From: Trichoplax sp. H2
Lineage: Eukaryota
DNA length: 63,253 nt
Reading direction: 5' to 3'
Assembly (NCBI GenBank): GCA_003344405.1
Contig: NOWV01000289.1
Location: 1 to 63,253 of the forward strand
Below are positions 42,657 to 56,719 of this stretch, piece after piece. The position numbers and the translations under genes were made by a program. The notes under the pieces were generated by a model. That model worked only from the letters and a program-made list of their open reading frames with translations. It did not search any database and was not told the DNA's origin. Numbering within the stretch: position 1 is the first letter of the stretch; each line of letters starts with the position of its first letter.

Positions 42657-43721
42657 TTACTTCCTAATGATTGGAGTTGTGTGACTAGTATCCTTAGAAT
42701 GAACACGTAATCTTCCGCCTGGAGTTCGAAATAAATTTGTTATAAATGCTCTCATTTCCCTTCTAATTTCAGAACTGGCGTAATTGTACAGCATGGGATT
42801 TAAAATAGTTGGAATTAACATCAAAAGAGCAGACAAACGATAAAATATCCAAAATATTTCGGGTAAACGCCTGACCGCGTTACCAGTAGAGTGCTTTAGG
42901 AATGCAATTCCTATATGTATTGCCATAAATGGGAAGTAGGAAGCTGCCGATAAAATGGTAATGATCAGTAATGCCATTATGGCTTGATTTTTCTTTCGCC
43001 TAGACTTCTTGACTTCTGCTTTATACTCTGAATCGGCCATTGGAGGGTCATGATGCCATAATCTAGCAATAACGCAGGTATACAATGCGATAATAATAAT
43101 TATTGGTATTCCAAACGTAGCAACGGCATAAATAGTGAATGAAATAGCATTATAGAAAGATCCATAAGGCGATAATGAACTTGTGCAGTTTACAATACTA
43201 TTGCGATCATAAATGCGTAGAATTACAATTAAAAGGGTGCTACTGAGTGATATTATCCAGATTGCCATCAAAATCCTATTCATCTGCTTCCCAGTGTAAG
43301 CTCGTTTTAGCGGGTGTATAATTGCTCGATATCTTTCTGCTCCAATTATCAACAGCGTAAATGTAGAAGTAGTTATTGAAGCAACGTATATATAAAATAA
43401 ACTGTTGCAAACAATATTAGCAATGTTTGGTGTTATTTTCTCAAATAATTGAGGATACGTCTTTAATATTAGAGGAAAAGTCGCTACTACACTATACGTA
43501 ACGACATGAATTATATCAGCAAGTGCAAGATTAGCGATAAGGCGATTCAAGGGTATCTGCAGATATTTCTGGGTGCAAATTTTATGGAAAATGATAACAT
43601 TTAAAGCTATGCTAAAGAAACTCAATACCATAGCGATGATAGTAAGATCTGAATTAAACCATGAAAATGGAGAAAAGGGAGTATAGGCAGAACTACCATT
43701 GTTCGAATAGTTGTAGTTCAT
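42657..43721 (-). CDS. Intronless rhodopsin-class GPCR (peptide-receptor-like), about 354 aa
   Basis: NLALAD, TM3 Cys, ERYRAIIHPL, TM4 Trp, SYFPF, LNPMLY; first ATG at 43721 (MNYNYSNNGS) with N-glycosylation sequons. Confidence 0.95.
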   Translation of the reverse strand: MNYNYSNNGSSAYTPFSPFSWFNSDLTIIAMVLSFFSIALNVIIFHKICTQKYLQIPLNRLIANLALADIIHVVTYSVVATFPLILKTYPQLFEKITPNIANIVCNSLFYIYVASITTSTFTLLIIGAERYRAIIHPLKRAYTGKQMNRILMAIWIISLSSTLLIVILRIYDRNSIVNCTSSLSPYGSFYNAISFTIYAVATFGIPIIIIIALYTCVIARLWHHDPPMADSEYKAEVKKSRRKKNQAIMALLIITILSAASYFPFMAIHIGIAFLKHSTGNAVRRLPEIFWIFYRLSALLMLIPTILNPMLYNYASSEIRREMRAFITNLFRTPGGRLRVHSKDTSHTTPIIRK

Positions 43722-46700
43722 TTTTACGAATATCAAAGCTATTAACGCGTCTTTAATTTTCGAAATAGTGTAATAAAATGTTCAGAAGATAGCAACTATG
43801 CTAGGCTATATCACAATCTTGTATAAATACTCAATTTAAACCACATATGACAGCTTTAAATTCACTTGTAGCCAAGAAAATGGAAAGAATAATTTCTCTT
43901 TAATTCTGACCGTTGCTAAATTCTTTTCAAGTCTTTCGCGAAATCGGCAATAGAACTGTTCTAATAAATTCTTTCGAATCTTGATCGTAAATTATAAATT
44001 CATCTTAGTTAAGTAAATTTATAAAATGATAAGCAATTATAGAGCTTAGGTATTGTCAAAATAGTTTAACATGAACGACTACAAATTTACGAATAAACTA
44101 CACTTACATATTAGATACCAAGATACTTTCATAGCAAATTTGGCATTTATTTCCAATGATATTAGGCGATATTATGAACTTTTACATTTCACAAAGTATA
44201 AATAGATTTGCTTTAGAGTAAGGATTTTGTTTTTACAAGCAAAGAATTATAGGTAATAAAAAATAACTTTTAATCGAACGTAATTTTTTGATCCTCGTAA
44301 TAGGAAATTTTAGAAATGAATGACAATTACTTTAAGCGTCGTATTAGTGCTATTTTTTAACAAAGGATTTAAATTGTTAATGAGATATTATTCCAAATAA
44401 TTAAATGAACCGTAAAATTTGTCTGCTTTTAAATATTTTCACAAACTTTTATGGAAGTAATTAGAAAAGAAAATTTATTCAGTCTTTATAATTCAGTATT
44501 ATATGTACAAATTATTGCCGACGGAAAATAAATTAAACTATACTTTTTTAAATTAAATAAAATTTTCGATACGAATTTTCATCATTTATTTTTAAAGTAT
44601 CGCTACAATAAAGTTTACTTTAAAATGGGGAAAATTTTTCTTGCCTAAGTAAAAAATAATAGCAATTTTATGGATTTGAAACAATTACGAATCTAGCTAT
44701 TCTTCATTACGAATGAAAACATTATTAATTAATTTCCATAGTCAACATGGAGATAACACATTTCAAGGTTATGATCTTTATATTTTATGCGTGAATCAAT
44801 TTCATTTCCTTATTTTACATTACTGCATGTGACAAAGTCTTAGCTGCTTTTGTGGGAGAATTGTTAATATTCTCTTGGTTATAGAGTATTACGTATGTCA
44901 GTTCTCTTCAATCAGTATACCTTCGTCTCTCTCCAAGATAAATCACCAAAGTCTGTTTATCTAGTTGATCTTATGACTGTATTGCTTGTGTATTATATGC
45001 TTGACTAGTACTCAAAAAGTACCCTAGTGTATGATTTTCAGCGTAATGAAAGAAAACAAACTTAAGGTTGTTTGCAAATCAGTACCTATGGCAATGATTT
45101 TTAATTAATTAATTAATAAAGAAAATTGCATCAAATTAATCATATGTGAGTCGCTGTTGTGAAATCAAAGTAAAGACTAGAATATAAGGAGTCTTATCTT
45201 TTATTCCTGTTAAAAACGTCAATATTAATGATTTCCCTTTTAAACAACTTATTGTTATCGTATCTAGCCCATTTAATTATCTTTAATTGCAAAGTAATTA
45301 TGGCGATTTCTACGCTAAAAATTCAACAGCTTTCTTACGTATTTAACTTAATTGTTAGCATTCCCCGAATACTATAATGGTGGATGCTTTAACATTGTTT
45401 AATAGTTTATATTTTCTAAATTGTAGTTTGTTTATTTTTTTGTGGCCTATAGCTCATATATAATTAATATTATTAAAGGTCAAATTGTACCATACAATTT
45501 AACAAAGTCAATTATAAGGCTATTTTAAAAGTATGATTGCTTTAAATTTATCAAGAAGAGTCAGTATATCCGCATACAGCTACTAGTCTTATACGATAAT
45601 TGATACATTCTTTTGACTGAACCACTCAAACAGGAGACCTCTGAGTGTGTTTACTTTACTTAAAGTAGCAGATAAAAAGAAATAGAAGAAAATGTAGTTT
45701 GAATATAGCATTTTTAGCTTTAAGTTGTCTCATTTTAATTATGTTATGACAATTTGACGATATAGAACATGCTTCTTAATTTTATAATGTGCCACAGAGT
45801 ATAAATGCTGTCATTGAAATCAATTTGGCTTGCACCGCACTCAGCTAAAATTTCTCAGGATATTACCTATTAATGAGTATATTTTGAAAGTTAATTACAT
45901 TTTTTAGTTGTTAAATTAAGAATCTAGAATGGAAATGATAGATTCTTCATTAAAGCTATAGAAAACTGTCCGTTTTCATTCTAAGTGTTTTCTATACTGA
46001 TTGTCCCAAGTGGTAGTCTATTAATATAATACTGTAATTACAAGGAATAGCACAAATCAATTGTTTGCTATCTTGGATACCTGATTTTCTATTTGTAGAT
46101 CATGCTTAAGCGCAAGTGTGCAATTTTAATTAATATTCTGTAATGCCTAGGAAGATTTAAAAGCATAAATTGAAATTTTCAATCATACGTCTACTAATGA
46201 TATTGTACTGTAAAATATCGTTTAAAAGCATGTGGCTAACAGATCATGTTAAACTGTGTTCAATATCATTTTTAGGATCTGATGCAGAACATGTGTAAAA
46301 ATCATAATTTCAACATAGATTAATTTCTCTGTTGAAAGTACAGCTACTTTCAAATTGGTCGCTACTAAGCCTTTCTTGTCACTACGACCTAGTTATACTA
46401 CCTTCGTCAGTTAAATACTTAAGAATCGCTCCACGCCAGATAGGAAACCTATATTAAAAAGGTACTTGCACTACAGATTCATCTATTTCTTTCTTAGATA
46501 GTTAATCATAAAGCTCATTCATAGCATTAACAAAATTAGCCCGTACGTAATTGAAATTCAAAACACTTATAAATTATAATTTCTCTATAAGATTCGTTTA
46601 AAACGAACAGATTTACAGTATATAAGATATAATCGGGTTAATTTATTTTACTTTCTATTTAGTTTGACAATTAAAAACTAGCCATACTTTCTTGTACCTA

Positions 46701-46939
46701 TGTACGTAATTCAATTAATGCCTTTACTAAAATATGAATAAACGACTTTGAGTTTATTCTTTTAATGGAAGATCATAGTGAACGTGTTGTCTGCTGCAAA
46801 CAAATAAATTATTTTCCTTTAATAAATTATGTGTTGTTTTTGCTAGAAAGAACAGTTTTCTTTATAGCTACTGCTACATCCTTAATTAAAGGCTGACTGC
46901 AGGCAGGGTGTATTTGTGGACGAAGTATACAAACTGGTA

Positions 46940-47450
46940 GTCCAGAAGATATGCTAGATGTTCAATATCCTGCATCAGCGTTGTGTTGTTGTTAGGAACA
47001 ACAGATTTCTGCTTTCTACCACATCTGCTGCATCCTTTACTGTATTTGGCCTCAGAGGTAAGTTTTTAAGATTTTTCTGTTCCGCCTCTGCTTTTGTTAG
47101 AGACAATAGTTTTCTTTTTCTACTAAGGCTACTCTATTCTTGATTTTATTTTGGTCATAGAGGCAAGTTTATAAGATTTTTCTCTGTCTTTGCATCCTAC
47201 AGACAATGTAAGCAAGAATGTCTTTATAGACCATGGAAACAAATTTGTAGCGAACCAGATGCGCTAGAAGATCAATATATACTAAAGTATTAATGTCCAT
47301 GCTATTATTATAAAAACAGCTCTCTTCTATAGTGTCTATTTCATTCTAGACTACAGTAGTAGAGCTCGCTTTGATTCTACTTCGCGTACCGTATACACTT
47401 TGTATATTCTTGTACAATGTCCATTTTACTTTCCATTATGGTAGATTACG
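46940..47450. repeat. Dispersed direct repeat of about 500 bp, copy 1 (copy 2 at about 56720-57235)
   Basis: Shared AGATAT.CTAGATG.TCAATATCCT at the start and TTACTTTCCATTATGG.AGA.TACGA at the end; internal sub-repeats (AGAGG.AAGTTT.TAAGATTTT twice). Confidence 0.65.
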
Positions 47451-47752
47451 ACAGGATGTTTCCGTGGACTAATGTTGTAATGATTTAATTATTATTTTTC
47501 GAATAGTTTATTGACAAGAGATCTAAGACAAAGAGAAGAGACATTTCAATCTACTTGGCGTAAAAGCAGAGGAAATATACTGGAAAAGCATGTTTAAAGT
47601 GCTTCCGGGTATAGACTTGCAAGCAGGAAAAGTGCAAGCAGGAATAGTGGATTACTCAACCAGGAACAACCAGAAGTAGATCTATTTCTGCTCTATAGTC
47701 TCCGACTCTACCTAGGTCTGTACGGCGTTACTATACTGCTTCTCTCTGCCTA

Positions 47753-48317
47753 AACTGTAAGGCCGATGATACAAAAAGAGAAATATATTCCGTATTATCA
47801 AGTAAAAATTAGAAAGACTACTAGCAGTATTATTTTCTAGTACTAACTGATTTACATCTTTAAAACTAGTAGAATCCTCTCTCGTTGTTACTTTACTATA
47901 TATTACTGTTACGATGCGTAAGCTCGTCCTAATTATTAGTTTCTGACGAGACTATAAAAGGCTGGGGCCTGAAGATTCCTTTTTAGTTCGTTAATCGGTT
48001 AGATAGTCAACTAGTTTTTCAATTGATATTTAATTGTAAAGACCATAATCTTGGGTGCCAAGATTCCTTCAGTAATAAATGATAGTAAATCTCTGACTAT
48101 CTCGTCTACATCATCTGTGACGCTATAATTATACCATAGTATTNNNNNNNNNNNNNNNNNNNNAACTGTAAGGCCGATGATACAAAAAGAGAAATATATT
48201 CCGTATTATCAAGTAAAAATTAGAAAGACTACTAGCAGTACTATTTTCTAGTACTAACTGATTTACATCTTTAAAACTAGTAGAATCCTCTCTCGTTGTT
48301 ACTTTACTATATATTAC
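47753..48317. repeat. Allelic overlap across gap 48144-48163 (47753-47906 = 48164-48317)
   Basis: 154 bp duplicated with one T/C difference. Confidence 0.9.
47907..48143 (+). mobile_element. LTR family C, truncated by gap, present on one allele
   Basis: Starts TGTTACGATG at the allele divergence point; aligns with 58134-58390 (GTAAGCTCGT, TTTCTGACGAGACTATAAAAGGCTG, TAGTCAACTAGTTT); empty site at 48317/48318. Confidence 0.85.
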
Positions 48318-51300
48318 GCAAGATATAGCTAGGCATATTGTGTACAAATCACACAGGAAGATACATAGCAGACTATACAAGTTTATAACGAACGTGTTTT
48401 GTTGGATTATCTATTAGAAACAGAAGTTTTCATGTAGTAGGAACTAGGCAGCTTCACCTTTTATTTACTAAGTATGATTTAGTTCGTGTTATCAACTGTT
48501 AGAATGGATTGTCAGCGCGAGTATTCTGAAAATACTTATTGCTAACAGTATGCAGTAATGAACTAAATTACTCATTTAATACTGTTTCGAATCGTTGTTG
48601 GAGCTTAGCATCGGTCTATGCTGATGGCTTATGTGATTTATTAGGTGTTTATGCTATAATAAATTGAAACAGTTCAATGTTGCGGTGTTGCCTTGTCATT
48701 AGGATAACTTAATAAGTACAGTAGTAACTAGTATGGAGAATATCCGTATTTGTAGTGCTAGGTAAGATAAATAATGCCTTAACGTGGATGTTGTTTGTAA
48801 TAGTTCAATACATATTTGATATTGATTGTTATTGTGCGATAGATAGCAATAAGATGATTCAAGTTATAGCTGATGATAGTTGAATTAGACAACCTACGAG
48901 CTTAGATTAAGATTAAGTATGAGTAAGAGATTCAAAATATTTACTGATAGAAAAGCTATGTAAGGAATATCTCAGTTCGAGACGTTTCTCCTAGTAAGGT
49001 ATAATAATAATACTATTGTTGTTTATAAATTAGACGGTTCCTATATAAACGGGAACATTTGACTTTAGTGGTGTGGTAAAAAAGTTGTAGATTTATCTTT
49101 GCGATAGAAGTTTTATCTTTACAGCATTTTACTGGGTATGTTTAACGTTAAGTATAAGGGTGTTTAAGTCAGTAGCTATTTATGGACTTTTACTGTACGC
49201 TATCTTGTCACAGAAGTGAAATGTTGACATTCATTAAAACTCTTTCTGAAAAAAAAAATATCGATATTAGTAATTTAATCAAGCATGCATAAGCTACCAT
49301 TCTTAAGTCTGAAAGCTTTAATGGCTACAGCTTTAACTATATTATTCAAGCTTCTATTTGATACATATTATCTCGCCAATTGTTCAAGCTGTCATTGATC
49401 CACATAGTGGTAATAGCTAAATGGAAAATTAATCTCATGAGATGCTATTTTAATATCTGTGTTACAAACCACGAGTGACAAAGTAGTCTATACACGCCAA
49501 TTCTTGCGGAAAACGCCACTTACTAACTTAATGAGGCGAGATTAGCTACATTACCAAATAATTCAGTTCCAACAACCAAATACTATGGTATAATTATAGC
49601 GTCGCAGATATAGCACGACTCTAATTACTGACGATCTCCTATGGTTAAGATACGACAGTTAGGTAGAAGCTACTCCATTGCATGCTCATACCATAAAGAC
49701 GAAATATGTGATTTCAAATATTGATATAACATATACTGTAAATACAGATCGATTTGTAACGATACCAAATGGATGTTTTTAAGACTTGGAAATAATGATA
49801 GCGCTATCTAAGATTCAAATTACAACTTTTATATTGCTGTAATCGAAGCTACCTTTGGTAAGTTACTTAGATTACTAGCTCTTAAACATGATGAATTCGA
49901 TAAGATAGTTCTAATACAGACTTTACCTAAGCGATTCCTGTTTCCATGTTTGACTTTTGATCGAAACTGCTCCTTAACTAAGTTGTAGCCTCAAGCATCA
50001 TGAATTAGATAAGTTCTTTCTAATAGAGAGTGTATCTTAGGCATCTTTGTTCAATGCTTGACAATATTATTATGGGACAAAACTCTTTTAATCGAAATAT
50101 AGTGTAGAGCCATGAGTTTAGTACTTGAGCTGAATTTTTAATTAAGTATGGAATTACTAATATGCACTACCGTAGACTATAATTATAATGCTTTCATAGT
50201 TTAATACCATTAGTTGCTTGAGACCCGACAAAATATGGTAATTCAATGCCTTTGCTTATTTCGTGGAAGCGAAGTAATGCTATTTACTACTATTACTACG
50301 TAAGTCATGTGCTAGGATTTATAAGCGTATGCAACGAGTAGATTGGGAAGTCTTCTTGTTAATAGTTTCCTGTAAGAACAGTTGTGGTTAGTTTTATTGT
50401 AATGGAGTGTAATTCACGTTTTAAATCCAAATAGTCTGACTTATTGAAGACCCTAAAAAATTGACTTTATTACATAAAGATTCTGTCAACCAGATCATTA
50501 TTATAATGATTTTGTTTTTGCCAGCTGCTACTGATTTGCGATTGAAAGTGCTATGATTTCGATCGTTAAGATAGAATCATAACCAGGATTAATGTAATTA
50601 TAGAATACTTAATACAAGTACTTACATAACATAGAACATAATATTTAACACAAAAATGCTAGAAATTTGCTACATTTAGGATCAAATCTTAAAATAATTA
50701 CATATTTCAAAGATACTCTTATTTCGCGAAAAGTTCAATAGGGTTACCTTAGAAGCACCTTACATATTAGCGATATTTTACGGATAAGTATTACTTTATT
50801 CGCTATATTAACTCACTTACTTATTGTAATAGCCTATTTCTGTTACTAATTTGCTATGACTAAGATAAAGAAGCCATTCGATTGGATAAATTGATTTCCG
50901 TTTCTTTTACGGCAAAAAATAATACATGCCTATGATCGAAAAGGTATCGAAGTCAATCTTTAATGTTGAGCTAATCTCAGACTTTCTATTAGGCTATCAA
51001 ATACAACATAAAATAATTACTAAACTTAGGTGCGCATTACAAAGATTTATCATAAAATTACGGATTCTGAATTTTAATGTGATATATCATTCGGTTAATG
51101 TGGAAAACGTAAATCAGAAAACTCTAGCAATGGACTGGATACAAAAAGCCGCAAGCTACTGCATTAAATAGATTCAGCTATTTTATTGTAGTCAAACTTA
51201 ACTCTTTTCTAAATTATATTTTTGCTACTAGCTGATATTGATGAAATAAAAATTAAACTGATGAGTTTATTTATTAACTTACTTTTCCATGTATCGACTG

Positions 51301-53253
51301 AGTATTCACTTATAGTGTGATTAAAAGAAAGACGCTCCTCTATGATCATAAGGGCATAGCAGCTATATTCCTTATTCGATGGCTGGGAGATATAGATGAA
51401 GTATTTAAACCTTCTTTTATGTTGTGAACATTGTTTTATTTATGGTCTTTGGTTTTATTAATTAAGAATTTTCATCCATTTCACTTAAAAATAATCTTCT
51501 TACTTAAAATGAAAATTGATAATAGCCTTGGCGAAATTTCGGCTATAAGTTAGATCCTTGTATTGCAAGATGCGAAGTAAGCGCTCCCCGTATTATTTAT
51601 CTTGGAGTTTAATAAATTGTGGATATTTGGCACAATATCTTTTTAAAGTCAATTTCAAGAAAAATTTTCTATTTAGCAACTTATGTTGAAAATGAAGCAT
51701 TTTCGAAAATAAAGGTAAGGTTCCGTGCAGATTTGTTTACGAGACTATCTCAGGTATCCAGATAATTTCCAAACCCTTATTTTTGCCCCCGGATATTGAT
51801 GCAATCAATACCAGAAATTGAATATCTTGTAAGTTCAATGTCAGGATGAATGCCTTGAAAAGCTCTTTTATGAAGGATGAGCTTTCATAAAGCCAACCCT
51901 ATTTCTGCTCTATCACAAATACGTTTAATTATCGGATAGCAGTTGTCCCCCGGTGAATTTTTCCATAACCGTATGCCAACCGGATGCACAGACGTTTCTT
52001 GATAAGTTTGGATTTATCAATCTTTTAAAAAAGTCATTTATTCGACCTTGATCTAAGTCATGTCAGAACATGTTTACAAGATAAAAAGAAACATTTGTTC
52101 ATAGGTATGAACCCACCTCAGACAAAGAAGATGAGAAAAACAGTCATTTTACAAATTGCTAGAATAGTTCATTCAGCCAGTATCAATTTATAATATTAGC
52201 TGTAACTTTAAAATTATTTCGTTTTAGAGATAGGGAGTATATAAATGTTTATCTTTTAATTAAATAAGAGTCGTTCGTTCATTACAAATAAAACTTTGAT
52301 GCTCCGAAAATACGACAACCTATTTATTTAACTATACTATAGCATCGATCATTATACCTACTAGAAATGCTAACAATTAAAATCATATAAAAATACTGAT
52401 TTTCTATTTCTTGAATCTCTGTAATGACTTTTCAAATAAAGATATTTAGTACCATTTGTACACGTAAGCTTTATTTAAAGAGAATAATTAATCCCTATAT
52501 TTGTACAACAACGGAAATAAAGACATGACGACTTATAGTCTTGTCTCACTTTAATTCTTAGCTATGACTGACATTGGATTAATTGAATACATGTTCTTTC
52601 CAAAAATTGCCGACGGTGGCGCTGTTTTATATACAACCCAATTTTGAGCTTCTTTCATTTCCTTAATAAACGTACCTTTGTTGAGTACCGTACTAGATAA
52701 AAACACATAATCTACTAGCAACGTGGTTATATCGTAGACTAGAAAATAAAAGTCTTGCAGGATCATCTTGGAAAAAAACTAAGGTATGCAAGTTGAGACT
52801 TACACGTGCTGTATAACCAGATGAATATTACAGATTACCGACGAAGCTAATATAGACTTTATCACTACGCTATAATACAACTATGAAAAGGGGATTGATT
52901 TACATAAGAAATATAAATATCATAATCCAGAAAGTGTATCTTTTAAGTGAGGACTATGGCTAATCAATAATTCATATGTTTTCGTTTATGTTGAAGTATT
53001 GGTAGATTCATTACTGTTTCAAATCTTAAAAGATATTATTTTGTAGCTACGCCAGAAAAATTGACGTAATATTGTAAACAGAAGTTGTGATTGTTGCCAC
53101 AATTTACTTAAAGTAAATAATGCAATTCGCCTCCAAAATCTTATTTAACCTAAGGCCATGTATTGCTCATTACGGTATATTCTGTCGGTTACAATTCGTA
53201 CTGTTAATACTACATTGAACAATCTGAGTTTTTTTGATACAATTTACTTATAT

Positions 53254-54252
53254 AAATTTTCAAAAAATTTTGAATTAAATAACTGATAAAAGTTAAGGCT
53301 TATCCATTCATACGGACTGATATCTTAGTAATAATTTTTTTTTTCTGTTAAAAGATAGTAAAGATATCATATTGAAAGCGATTGTCTTTCATTTCTAAGA
53401 CCTTTTATTGCAGAAATTAAAGTGGTTTTGATCGTATACAAATCGTTTTTTATGGCTCTTCATTATTAGCTTGTTAAGACACAAATCAAGACTTCGAAGC
53501 AAGTTTATTCCTACTTTGTGATTTATGAAAGCGTAATATTGTAATGTACTGTACGGTTGAATATAAATTCCAAAATCGCTGGAAAAAAGTTCGATATTTA
53601 ATTAAAAAGTAAGTGAAGCATATTTTATCGTCGTTTATGTTCAACTGTTTTGATAAATCCTTATTTTATGCTTGACTATCATTTTATAAAACTGACTAAA
53701 TGAGGAAAAATTTTAGAGATTTTATCGAAATTCGAAAAAATTTAGCAGAGCAATTCAAGTGCTATTTTGACCAGTGATTTTAGAAATTTCGTANNNNNNN
53801 NNNNNNNNNNNNNAAATTTTCAAAAAATTTTGAATTAAATAACTGATAAAAGTTAAGGCTTATCCATTCATACGGACTGATATCTTAGTAATAATTTTTT
53901 TCTTCTGTTAAAAGATAGTAAAGATATCATATTGAAAGCGATTGTCTTTCATTTCTAAGACCTTTTATTGCAGAAATTAAAGTGGTTTCGATCGTATACA
54001 AATCGTTTTTTACGGTTGAATATAAATTCCAAAATCGCTGGAAAAAGTTCGACATTTAATTAAAAAGTAAGTGAAGCATATTTTATCGTCGTTTATGTTC
54101 AACTGTTTTGATAAATCCTTATTTTATGCTTGACTATCATTTTATAAAACTGACTAAATAAGGAAAAGTTTTAGAGATTTTATCGAAATTCGAAAAAAAT
54201 TTAGCAGAGCAATTCAATTGCTATTTTGACCAGTGATTTTAGAAATTTCGTA
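53254..54252. repeat. Allelic overlap across gap 53794-53813 (53254-53793 versus 53814-54252)
   Basis: Near-identical copies with a few substitutions and a 101-bp indel (53453-53553 absent from the right copy). Confidence 0.9.
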
Positions 54253-54446
54253 ACAGCCAAAAATTGAAAAGGAACTATTTATTCACTTTTCTTGGTCCAA
54301 AGCTGATTTAAAGCTACTCTATCTGACTGAAATTGCTACATAATTTGGAATTTTTGATAGCGTAACCAAGTGTAGGTGCTGCTTCTGAATATTTTATCTC
54401 TATTTCGAAAATTAAATGCGCATTGATTGCTTTGGCATTCGTAAAT

Positions 54447-55508
54447 ATGAGCAACACTTATTCGAATAATCAGAGTTCGGACTCCGTATTCTCCATTAAC
54501 ATTGTATCATTCTGAACTTACCATTAGCGCTATGGTGATGAGTTTCTTTAGCTTCATTTTAAATATGATCATATTTTATAAAGTATGTACCAAGAAATAT
54601 TTGAAGAAGCCCCTTCATCGCCTAATTGCTAATCTAGCGCTTGCAGATATAATTCATGTCATCATCACATATAGTGTCATGGCGATTTTTTCTTTAATAG
54701 TAAACACTTATCGCCAATTGTTCTGGAAAATAACACCATCTGCTGCAATATTACTTGCAAAATTGTATTCTACATATACGTTGCATCAATAACAACTTCT
54801 ACTTCGACATTATTGGTAATTGGAGCTGAAAGATATCGAGCAATTACATATCCACTTAGACGAACTTACACAAGAAAGCAAATGAATAGAATTTTGATGG
54901 CAATTTGGGCAATATCATTCAGTAGTACCCTTTTGATTATATTTACGCGCAATTATGATCGATCTAGTATCCTTAACTGCACAGGGTCATTGTCGCCGTA
55001 CAAGTCTTTCATTGCTGCTATTTCATTCACTGTTTATGCCATTGCCACGTATGGAATACCAACAGTATTTATTATCATATTCTATGTCTGTATTATTATG
55101 AGTTTATATTATTATAACCTGCCAAAGGGCGATTCAGAGTATCGAGCTGAAGTCAATAAATCAAGGCAAATGAAAAATCAAGTCATAATGGCATTACTTA
55201 TCATTACCATTTTATCAGCAGCATCTTACTTCCCATTTATGGCCATTCATGTCGGAATTGCATTCCTAAAGTATTCTACTAACAATGCGATCAAAGACTT
55301 GCCCAAACTCTTTTGGATATTCTATCGTTTGACTGCCATTTTGATGTTGATTCCAACGATTCTAAATCCAATACTGTACAATTTTGCCAGCTCTGAAATC
55401 AAGAAGGAAATGAAAGCATTTACAGTTAACTTGCCTCGAATTTCTGCTAGAAAATGTTGTATTCACTTTAGAAAAGCTAATCGTTTAACTCCAGTCTTAA
55501 AAATGTGA
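54447..55508 (+). pseudogene. Frameshifted GPCR pseudogene, paralogue of 42657-43721
   Basis: ATG at 54447 (MSNTYSNNQS); frameshift near 54480 and a 1-nt deletion near 54747 relative to the intact copy split the CDS into ORFs 54502-54792 and 54813-55508; otherwise collinear (NLALADIIHV, GAERYRAI, MALLIITILSAASYFPFMAIH, LNPILYNFASSEI). Confidence 0.88.
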
Positions 55509-56719
55509 TTATTGTCGCAACCAGTTTCTAATGGTCCATTTATTCTTGTACCTTGCAATAAGTATCTTCCATTATGATCTCTCTAAATCATTATCATCAA
55601 TATTCAAAGGTTTCCCTGATCGAACTAGTCAAATTCGTTACAGACTTAAAAGATCACCATTGCGGCTAAGGAAGGTGGAACTACTGTAAACAGATTGTAC
55701 TTCCAATTTGAAGTGCTGTCAATCTAGCCTGCTTCTGATTTTCATTTTCTGTAAACACTATTATTGACCCTTGATAATGTTTAATGTGCTGCAGTATTTT
55801 AAGCCGTAGCTATGACATAATACTGTAAGTGCTTTACTTAAATAAATCACTAGCTAAAACTGGTCTTATTTCTGTTAAATGTAGTTTCTTTTCAGAATAT
55901 TCGTATATTGTGATGTGCTTAGTTATAACCCTTGAATAATTTTTTAAGCTGTCATGTCATTGAGGTTAGTATTTGCAGATAATGATTTTCTAACTCTCTA
56001 GCCCACAAGTTAAGTTCTGTTTAATCAGCCGTTTGATAAGACAAGCTTAATACTCAAGTCTACATCAGCAGAATCGTTCACATTACAATCTGTTCAGAAA
56101 CAATAAATAATTTCTGGTGGATTCGAAAATGTAATGCCAATAAATTTACTTACGTCACATACAATTTTCTTGGAAAGAAGAGTAAATTTTATAACCGTTA
56201 TCAAATGATTGCAAGTAAGTCGAAAACCTTTCTTCTTCTATTCAAATAAACCCTTATGTTCATATTTCAGTAAAAGCAACAGTCGATTGCTGCAAGCAAA
56301 TTCGTTGCGATAATTTGGCGAGGTTAGGAATGTAGAGGAAATTTATGTTGGAATTAAAATCAAACATTACCCTTAAATTACGCTACATTTTATTTTGGAG
56401 AGCTTTGTTTATTAAAATAATGCTAAATGATCGGTTGCCAATTTAATAAGTAGTATTGCATGAAAGAAAATATGAAGTGAATGAAGATCATTTTTTTAAG
56501 TATGAATGAAACGTGAATTTCATGATAACGCTGATGATGATAACATTTTCTAAACGCCTTTACGACAAGGTCAAAACAGAATTAATTTTATAGAAGCTGA
56601 TTTTCTTAAGGAGTCATTAAAGATGTTAGCCTTTACATTAGACATATAATAGGTTCAATTATCAGTGCTAGTTGCATAACTATCCAAGAGCAAATGTAGG
56701 GGGAAGTATCTGGAAACCA

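Larger units (their letters stand above)
41900..56300. repeat. Inverted segmental duplication; arms about 41900-44530 and about 53175-56300, each with a GPCR copy
   Basis: Reverse complement of the left arm aligns with the right arm in CDS and flanks, e.g. TTCGAAAATTAAA...ATTCGTAAA.ATG upstream and AATATTCAAAGGTTTCCC downstream. Boundaries approximate. Confidence 0.8.

Noticed and set aside
51700..52020. Coding-looking minus-strand stretch
   Set aside because: Stops in all three minus frames and no family motif recognised.
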